Source: a virus (taxonomy: Duplodnaviria > Heunggongvirae > Uroviricota > Caudoviricetes). From it: 18,974 nt of DNA. Of the stretch, positions 1 to 4,568 are shown one piece after another. The notes under the pieces are model-generated. The model saw only the letters and a list, made by a program, of their open reading frames with translations. It was not told the DNA's origin and did no database searches. Both the position numbers and the translations under genes were made by a program. Within the stretch, counting starts at the first letter, position 1; each line of letters starts with the position of its first letter. Location: positions 83,489-102,462 of the IMG/VR virus record IMGVR_UViG_3300036876_000145; one strand, given 5' to 3'.

Positions 1-107
1 CTAAATCAATGCTGCATTCGGGAATTCTCGTCGCCTCGGGATACGTGGAGTCGTTAAACGACTGCGGACAGTGTGTAAGTCTGGCGAAAGCTAGCAACGC
101 TGGTTGA
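1..107 (+). CDS. 3' end of an ORF entering from upstream of the window (...KSMLHSGILVASGYVESLNDCGQCVSLAKASNAG*), function unknown
   Basis: Frame 3 is open from the window edge to TGA at 105-107. Two GC hairpins follow (118-132 and 139-158). No family recognised. Confidence 0.25.
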   Translation, partial: KSMLHSGILVASGYVESLNDCGQCVSLAKASNAG

Positions 108-213
108 AACAGTTAAGGGCGGCTTTGCCGCCTAGAATCCCTCGCCTTTAGGCGTGGGGAGTATCAAGCTATGAAAACTGGGCATTTGGAGTTTCTATTT
201 CGGTGAGACGACT

Positions 214-393
214 ATGCATCATTTTTTGATTAATTTGTTGTGGATAACTCTATTGGCCTTTCCATTTGGCGTTATTAGTTCAATTTGGTGTCATTTAATC
301 GGATTCGTACCTCCAAAAGGATGGCGTTTCTTTGTTTATGATATACCATCGTTTGTGTTCGGAATAATTCTCGGATTTTATTTTTTCAAATAA
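214..393 (+). CDS. small hydrophobic protein, 59 aa, two predicted TM helices (MHHFLINLLWITLLAFPFGVISSIWCHLIGFVPPKGWRFFVYDIPSFVFGIILGFYFFK)
   Basis: Own translation; the ORF is below the 60-aa cutoff of the track. It runs ATG 214 to TAA 391-393, with a GGTGAG SD-like motif 6 nt upstream. It is AT-rich relative to its flanks. Confidence 0.45.
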   Translation: MHHFLINLLWITLLAFPFGVISSIWCHLIGFVPPKGWRFFVYDIPSFVFGIILGFYFFK

Positions 394-396
394 TAC

Positions 397-425
397 TTGA
401 CTTTTGGTATTCTATATGAGACAAT
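397..425 (+). promoter_or_regulatory. sigma70-like promoter (TTGACT-N17-GACAAT with TGn extended -10)
   Basis: TTGACT at 397-402, a 17-nt spacer containing TG at 417-418, and GACAAT at 420-425. It would drive the ORF-free region 430-897. Confidence 0.35.
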
Positions 426-429
426 GTTT

Positions 430-897
430 TTAGGTTAAGCCTGCGGAATAACGCTATTCGCCCTGGATGGAGAAACAACCCGATGGGCAAAGGGTGTGAA
501 TAACCCACTTGCATAGTGCCGCAGCCCCCACTTACGCCCCTGTATTCACCGGGGATGAAAGACGCAGGGGGTAACAATTTTAGGTTTACTGGTCGCATAA
601 GGATCGACAAAAACCGCAGGGCTAGACTCCTTGTGGCACAAATCGGTCGCTCGTCTAGGAGAAACCGGTTCCTAAGAATCGGCGATCAGTTTTTAAAGAA
701 GTGACGGCGCAGGAATAATGGCGCGGAATCGTGGTCGTAAGCAGCCGAAGGAGTGTCCTGGCAGCGAATGGATACTTCTGAGATGGGAACGCTATATAGG
801 ACTTACGAGCGGCGTTGTTTAGCAGTAGAAAAGCAACTGACGAGGTCCCCGGCTCACTTCTCCACTTTGTAATACTGCAACTGAAAGTGAGGAAGCA
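430..897 (+). ncRNA. candidate large structured RNA or long structured leader of the methyltransferase gene (family not recognised)
   Basis: All three + frames carry stop codons; only a 62-aa Arg-rich GTG ORF survives. Nested helices: 440-446/614-620, 487-490/509-512 with 492-495/503-506, 525-529/567-571 enclosing 537-540/551-554, 622-627/653-658, 788-792/812-816 and 874-878/895-899. Confidence 0.35.
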
Positions 898-2124
898 GTG
901 AGGAAACCGTTTTGCGTGCTGTGCATTTTCGCGCTCTGTCTTGAATCTGCTATGATGAGAAAAAAGAAGAGAACACCAGCCAAAGAATCTGCCCCGAAGT
1001 CTGTTCATATGGCTTTCAGAAGCAAGGAATTTGCAGGCATTCAGGCGGCTCTTGGCCGTCATCTGTGCCTGTCGTCCGCTAACGCACTCGTAGCGCAGGG
1101 CGATTCGCTGGAAATACTCCGCCAGCTGCCTAACCAATCCATCTCGCTCATTTTGACCGATCCGCCGTACCACTCAACGAAGAAGGACAACATTTACGGC
1201 GACACTTCGTTTGGGCATGACCAACACTATATTGAATGGATGACGCAGTACGCGAAGGAGTGGCGTCGCGTGCTGCGGCCCAACGGCTCGTTATATTGCT
1301 TCTGTGCTTCTGAGATGGCTGCACGCCTTGAAGTCATGCTCGCTAAGGATTTCAATATTCTCTCCAGCATCACGTGGACGAAGCCCAACGACCCTGGCTT
1401 CGACGGTTGGAAGGGCAAGATGAAGAAGGAATCCCTCCGGCAGTGGTATCCGCATTCGGAGCGAATCATCTTTGCAGAGATCGCGGTAGAGGGCAACCTG
1501 CACCGTTCTCCGTTTGGAGACTTTCTGCGAGCGACCAGGAAAAACGTGAACATGAGTGCTCACGAACTGGCTGGGTTGATCGGTGCGTATGGGAATGTCA
1601 ACCACGGTGGAGCGGTCTGCAATTGGGAAGCTGGGCGTAACATCCCGAGCCGGGAACAATATCGCAGAATCTGCGAGGCGATACTCACCACTGGCAAGAT
1701 GAAGTCGATGCCGCCATACGAAGACGCCGTTCGCCCGTTCTTCATGGACGGCTCAAAAGAATTCACTGACGTCTGGAATTTTCCATCTGTCCGTCCATAC
1801 AAAGGCAAGCACCCTGCTGAGAAACCTGCGTCCCTTCTGGAACACGTGATTGGGGCGTCATCATATCAAGGCGACATTGTGCTGGATTGTTTTGCAGGGT
1901 CAGGAAGTACGGCCTTGGCTGCTCTTAAACTAAACCGCCGCGCAGTCGCTATAGAGATTGATCCCCAGTGGGCTTCTGAGGTTGCAGCTCGGGTTCGGGC
2001 TTGTGGTGCGGAGAGTGCGGTCGCAGAATTGAAGGAGCACGACGCCAGAGTGATCCACGCTCCCAAGCTCAACCCGAAGGTGCCTCAATACGCGCTATCA
2101 TTTGACGGCAACGGTCGTGAGTAG
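898..2124 (+). CDS. beta-class (motif IV before motif I) N6-adenine/N4-cytosine DNA methyltransferase with an internal XRE-like HTH insertion
   Basis: TDPPY at 1156-1170 and the SAM motif LDCFAGSGST around 1885-1914. An HTH-like segment NMSAHELAGLIG...NWEAGRNIPSREQYRRI lies at about 1549-1675. The start is uncertain: GTG 898 has a GAGGA SD at 889-893, and ATG 952 or ATG 1009 are alternatives. The stop is TAG. Confidence 0.9.
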   Translation: MRKPFCVLCIFALCLESAMMRKKKRTPAKESAPKSVHMAFRSKEFAGIQAALGRHLCLSSANALVAQGDSLEILRQLPNQSISLILTDPPYHSTKKDNIYGDTSFGHDQHYIEWMTQYAKEWRRVLRPNGSLYCFCASEMAARLEVMLAKDFNILSSITWTKPNDPGFDGWKGKMKKESLRQWYPHSERIIFAEIAVEGNLHRSPFGDFLRATRKNVNMSAHELAGLIGAYGNVNHGGAVCNWEAGRNIPSREQYRRICEAILTTGKMKSMPPYEDAVRPFFMDGSKEFTDVWNFPSVRPYKGKHPAEKPASLLEHVIGASSYQGDIVLDCFAGSGSTALAALKLNRRAVAIEIDPQWASEVAARVRACGAESAVAELKEHDARVIHAPKLNPKVPQYALSFDGNGRE

Positions 2125-2198
2125 ATAACCAGCCTTTTGGTTGCGTTCCAATACGGACTGCATCCACTCGACTGTCTTCTGTATTCCTGAATCTTTCA

Positions 2199-2405
2199 CT
2201 ACCACGTTGCAGTGATGGTGCCCCTCCTCCGAAGACGGCCAAGCAACACATAAAACTCGAACACCGCATCGATAGCTTTTTGCGCGTATTCAGGAACACT
2301 TTTGTCCTCATAGGACTTCAAGCATTCGATCTCAACCTCGCGGTTGATGTTAGGGTTGACATAATGCGCCAGACTCCAAGCTTTCTAGAAAGTTTTGTTA
2401 GCCAT
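2199..2405 (-). pseudogene. small convergent ORF interrupted by an in-frame TAG at codon 7 (MANKTF*KAWSLAHYVNPNINREVEIECLKSYEDKSVPEYAQKAIDAVFEFYVLLGRLRRRGTITATW*)
   Basis: Own translation of the minus strand. ATG lies at 2405-2403 and the in-frame TAG at 2387-2385. A 61-codon open, protein-like stretch with no Met follows, ending in TAG-TGA at 2201-2196. Confidence 0.3.
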
Positions 2406-2415
2406 AAAATTTTTC

Positions 2416-2444
2416 TTGACAATAAGTCAAAGTTTTAGTAATAT
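2416..2444 (+). promoter_or_regulatory. near-consensus sigma70 promoter TTGACA-N17-TAATAT, with the -35 inside the palindrome TTGAC-N5-GTCAA
   Basis: TTGACA at 2416-2421, a 17-nt spacer, and TAATAT at 2439-2444. The inverted repeat TTGACaataaGTCAA spans 2416-2430. Confidence 0.5.
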
Positions 2445-2462
2445 CAGTATTAAGGTATAGAG

Positions 2463-2570
2463 ATGAATAAGATTCACACCAACTCGAACGCAGTCTGTAC
2501 GGAACACGGTACTGTCGCCGCTGCTGCGGCGGTAGGAGATACTGTGTCCTCGGATGGTTGGGACGGTTAA
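2463..2570 (+). CDS. 35-aa ORF (MNKIHTNSNAVCTEHGTVAAAAAVGDTVSSDGWDG) in a self-contained promoter-to-terminator unit; could instead be a small RNA
   Basis: AAGG lies 7 nt upstream of ATG 2463, and TAA is at 2568-2570. The 3' part is structured (2547-2553 pairs with 2591-2597; 2556-2560 pairs with 2577-2581). Confidence 0.3.
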   Translation: MNKIHTNSNAVCTEHGTVAAAAAVGDTVSSDGWDG

Positions 2571-2595
2571 ATAACTCAACCTAAAAGATTCCGAG

Positions 2596-2628
2596 GACGC
2601 CATCAAAAAATGGCGTCTTTTTTGTTTT
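2596..2628 (+). terminator. rho-independent terminator
   Basis: GACGCCAT (2596-2603) pairs with ATGGCGTC (2610-2617) and is followed by TTTTTTGTTTT. Confidence 0.75.
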
Positions 2629-2639
2629 GCGGTGAATGT

Positions 2640-2718
2640 ATTCCGATGGCGTGAGCGGCGAAACCACTTGCCCTACAAGCAAGTATCATCGGGGGTTCGA
2701 GTCCCTCTCGGAATACCA
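2640..2718 (+). tRNA. non-canonical tRNA-like gene; anticodon loop CCUACAA reads as Val-UAC with C33; poorly paired D arm; CCA encoded
   Basis: Acceptor ATTCCGA/TCGGAAT. T arm GGGGG-TTCGAGT-CCCTC, then A73 and CCA. Anticodon stem CTTGC/GCAAG. The D region TGGCGTGAGCGGCGAAACCA offers only a 3-bp TGG/CCA stem. The variable region is 7 nt. Confidence 0.5.
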
Positions 2719-2729
2719 AATTTTAATGT

Positions 2730-2804
2730 GTGGGTGTCGTCCAATGGGAGGACTTTCGGTTTGCACCCGGAGAATGCGAGTTCGAGTCTCGTCACTCTAC
2801 ACCA
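2730..2804 (+). tRNA. tRNA-Ala(UGC) with one bulged nucleotide in the 3' strand of the acceptor stem
   Basis: D arm GTCC-AATGGGA-GGAC. Anticodon arm TTCGG-TTTGCAC-CCGGA. T arm GCGAG-TTCGAGT-CTCGT. The acceptor GTGGGTG pairs with CA(C)TCTAC and keeps G3:U70, A73 and CCA if C2795 is bulged. Confidence 0.7.
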
Positions 2805-2810
2805 AATGTG

Positions 2811-2886
2811 CCGTCCGCGACGGTGATAGATACCAGAAAGCTCTTCGGAGCGCTGGAATGGGGATCAGCCCCTTAGTCATCGCGGC
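2811..2886 (+). ncRNA. tRNA-sized structured spacer made of three hairpins, one capped by C(UUCG)G; not a cloverleaf
   Basis: Hairpins are CCGTC-CGC-GACGG (2811-2823), CCAG..GCTC-TTCG-GAGC..CTGG (2833-2856) and GGGG-ATCAG-CCCC (2860-2872). An alternative end pairing is CCGCGA 2815-2820 with TCGCGG 2880-2885. Confidence 0.3.
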
Positions 2887-2896
2887 TAAATTTATA

Positions 2897-2970
2897 AGCG
2901 GATTAGCCAAGTGGTTAAAGGCATCTGCCTGCAAAGCAGACAAGCACGGGTTCGAATCCCGTATCCGCTT
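2897..2970 (+). tRNA. tRNA-Cys(GCA)
   Basis: Acceptor AGCGGAT/ATCCGCT. D arm GCCA..AGGC with an A13:A22 mismatch. Anticodon loop CTGCAAA (GCA at 2931-2933). T arm ACGGG-TTCGAAT-CCCGT. U73. Confidence 0.9.
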
Positions 2971-2979
2971 CCCAAATTT

Positions 2980-3056
2980 GGGGGTATAGTTCCAACTGGT
3001 AGAACAGCGGCTTGTCGCGCCGATGGTTGCGGGTTCGAATCCCGTTACCCCCGCCA
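2980..3056 (+). tRNA. tRNA-Asp(GUC), CCA encoded
   Basis: Acceptor GGGGGTA/TACCCCC. D arm GTTC-CAACTGGTA-GAAC. Anticodon loop TTGTCGC (GTC at 3014-3016). T arm GCGGG-TTCGAAT-CCCGT. G73 and CCA. Confidence 0.92.
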
Positions 3057-3060
3057 GTTT

Positions 3061-3138
3061 GGTGTGTTGGAGGAGTCTGGTCTTCCTCGCTTCCCTGTCA
3101 CGGAAGATATCACACGGGTTCAAATCCCGTACACACCG
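3061..3138 (+). tRNA. second tRNA-Asp(GUC), with an 11-nt D loop and 7-nt variable region; no encoded CCA
   Basis: Acceptor GGTGTGT/ACACACC. D arm GAGG..CCTC. Anticodon arm CTTCC-CTGTCAC-GGAAG (GTC at 3097-3099). T arm ACGGG-TTCAAAT-CCCGT. G73. Confidence 0.8.
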
Positions 3139-3147
3139 CTTTCGTGA

Positions 3148-3179
3148 CTTCCTGAGTATTAAGTAGAGTACTCAGGAAG
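3148..3179 (+). promoter_or_regulatory. 11-bp hairpin sequestering the GIY-YIG ribosome-binding site
   Basis: CTTCCTGAGTA (3148-3158) pairs perfectly with TACTCAGGAAG (3169-3179). The 3' arm contains the AGGAAG SD, 4 nt before ATG 3184. Confidence 0.55.
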
Positions 3180-3183
3180 GTTC

Positions 3184-3834
3184 ATGATGAAATACACAGT
3201 CTACAAAACTGTGAATCTGGTCAACGGCAAGTTCTACATCGGTGTCCACAAGACGGACAATCCGAATGATGACTACCTTGGTTCTGGGAAGTTCATCAAA
3301 CGAGCCGTTGCGAAGTACGGAGAGCAGAATTTTCGCAAGGAAATTTTGGCTGTCTTTGAAATCCAGAGAGAAGCTTTCGATCTCGAAAAGAAACTCGTGG
3401 TTGAAGCGAAAGTTGATCCACTGTGTTACAACCTGAAAGCTGGCGGTGAAGGTGGGTTTGACTGGATCAATCGTAAGGGATTGAATAACTCGAACGAGAA
3501 CGGCGTGAAAGGAAATCGGGTTACAATTGGAAAAATAAAAACTGACCCAAAGGTAAAGAAGCGATTTACTGACAGGATCAATCGAGTTAGACAGTATCGT
3601 ACTCAAGACTACAAAGCTCGAATTCCTTCGATGTTACAAAAGTGGACAGGACAGCATCATACCGCCGAGACAAAGGCTAGACTTAGCGAAACGCATAAAG
3701 GTAAGAGCAACGGACGCTTTGGAAAACAGTGGATGTATCATCTCGAATCGCAGAGATCAAAGCCTGTCTCACCGGACGAGATCAATAGCCACATTGAACA
3801 AGGTTGGTTGATTGGTCGCCGGATGAAATTTTAG
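3184..3834 (+). CDS. free-standing GIY-YIG homing endonuclease (Seg/I-TevI-like)
   Basis: The N-terminus KYTVYKTVNLVNGKFYIGVHKT...YLGSGK...R...E..E is the classical GIY-YIG motif set. The gene sits between tRNA genes. ATG 3187 is an alternative start. The stop is TAG. Confidence 0.9.
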   Translation: MMKYTVYKTVNLVNGKFYIGVHKTDNPNDDYLGSGKFIKRAVAKYGEQNFRKEILAVFEIQREAFDLEKKLVVEAKVDPLCYNLKAGGEGGFDWINRKGLNNSNENGVKGNRVTIGKIKTDPKVKKRFTDRINRVRQYRTQDYKARIPSMLQKWTGQHHTAETKARLSETHKGKSNGRFGKQWMYHLESQRSKPVSPDEINSHIEQGWLIGRRMKF

Positions 3835-3841
3835 GAGAGAC

Positions 3842-4054
3842 GTGAAGATTCTCTACGATGAACAGCGGCATCTGATCACGGTGCCGTACTCGAAAGAGAA
3901 TCTACATGAAGCAGCGCGGCAGTTGGGTATTAAGCGTTGCTGGTTTCACAAAGACCACTACGACGTTCCTAAGAGAATGATGTCTCGGATGTCGGAGACG
4001 GTAGCAGAAAAAGTTTCGCCGCGTGAAGTTTTGAAGATCGTGCGCGGCAAGTAA
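3842..4054 (+). CDS. DUF4031-family small protein (70 aa)
   Basis: The pattern NLHEAARQLGIKRCWFHKDHYDVP matches my recollection of the DUF4031 signature (ELH.FA..G..R.WF....HYDVP). GTG start with a GGAG SD at 3834-3837. Confidence 0.75.
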   Translation: MKILYDEQRHLITVPYSKENLHEAARQLGIKRCWFHKDHYDVPKRMMSRMSETVAEKVSPREVLKIVRGK

Positions 4055-4058
4055 GTTT

Positions 4059-4135
4059 GGATGGATAGCCAAGTAGGAAAGGCGCTCCCCTGCAAAGGGA
4101 GTCATGCGGGGGTTCAATTCCCTCTCCATCCTCCA
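4059..4135 (+). tRNA. second tRNA-Cys(GCA), CCA encoded
   Basis: Acceptor GGATGGA/TCCATCC. D arm GCCA..AGGC (A13:A22). Anticodon arm CTCCC-CTGCAAA-GGGAG (GCA at 4092-4094). T arm GGGGG-TTCAATT-CCCTC. U73 and CCA. Confidence 0.88.
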
Positions 4136-4137
4136 AA

Positions 4138-4519
4138 TGTACCAGTTCGGGACAACCGCTGGCAGGAAGTTTCTGCGGGAGGGAAAGTTCGGGGCTTCAT
4201 AGAGTACCGTGCGGGGTAACTCCCCGGCGACGGCGCAAGCCGTTGACAATTAGAGCTACAGAGACGAGTCACAGAAGGTGTGCTTGGAAGCGCGTAAGAT
4301 TCACGTCGGTAGTGTTGATGTGAAATGCCCGACCAAGTCCCCTGATGTGGGTGAAACGAGCAATCTTCACGGGAAGCAAGTGCAAATAGGCTGACAGGAA
4401 CTACTCGTTCCGTTATGAATCAGCGGGTAGCATGCTTGAGCGTTGGAGTAATTCAACGCCTAGACGAATGGTTGTCGCCGCGCAAGCGGAACAGAACCCC
4501 GGCTAATAGGACTGGTACA
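4138..4519 (+). ncRNA. rnpB: RNase P RNA, bacterial type A (M1-like), apparently complete
   Basis: P1 4138-4146/4511-4519. P2 4151-4157/4470-4476. P3 4162-4176. CR-I-like GGGAGGGAAAGTTCGGGGCTTCATAGAG at 4177-4204. P8 4212-4226. P9 ACGGC-GCAA-GCCGT at 4230-4243. AAGCAAGTGCAAATAGG at 4374-4390. GGGTAGCATGCTTGAG at 4425-4440. GCCTAGACGAATGG at 4458-4471. AACAGAACCCCGGCTAATAGG at 4490-4510. These align with the recalled E. coli M1 RNA sequence. Confidence 0.9.
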
Positions 4520-4541
4520 AGTTTATGAGTTTTTGAACTAT

Positions 4542-4568
4542 GAGCGACCTATATTAGAGAGGTCGCTC
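4542..4568 (+). promoter_or_regulatory. 8-bp hairpin occluding the SD and GTG start of the HNH gene
   Basis: GAGCGACC (4542-4549) pairs with GGTCGCTC (4561-4568). Wobble and AU pairs extend the stem into GTG 4569-4571. The GAGAGG SD lies at the loop/stem junction. Confidence 0.5.

Noticed and set aside
430-897. Tested whether the structured region is tmRNA, SRP/4.5S RNA or a second RNase P RNA
   Set aside because: It has no tRNA-like 3' domain (no GGTTCGA...CCA) and no tag reading frame. AAGCAGCCGAAGG (740-752) superficially recalls the 4.5S domain IV strand, but the GGAA-capped helix is absent. It has no GAGGAAAGUCC or ACAGAA core. The family is left unassigned.
386-1173. ORFs 386-610 (-), 516-704 (+) and 655-1173 (-)
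   Set aside because: They have no SD and show Arg/Ser/Leu-rich junk composition. 655-1173 is antisense to the methyltransferase 5' end. The region is better explained as non-coding structured RNA.
1227-2311. Nested or antisense ORFs inside and just after the methyltransferase (1227-1553, 1291-1659, 1374-1640, 1560-1808, 1866-2072, 2069-2311)
   Set aside because: All overlap the well-supported methyltransferase frame or have junk composition. The 2069-2311 frame is displaced by the more protein-like frame described at 2199-2405.
2632-3147. Track ORFs 2632-2826, 2636-2989, 2911-3147 (+) and 2797-3123 (-)
   Set aside because: They run straight through five tRNA or tRNA-like genes. They have no SD, and their peptides are low-complexity translations of tRNA stems.
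3902-4249. 115-aa minus-strand ORF
   Set aside because: It is antisense to the DUF4031 gene, tRNA-Cys and the 5' part of the RNase P RNA. This is an artefact of GC-rich structured RNA.
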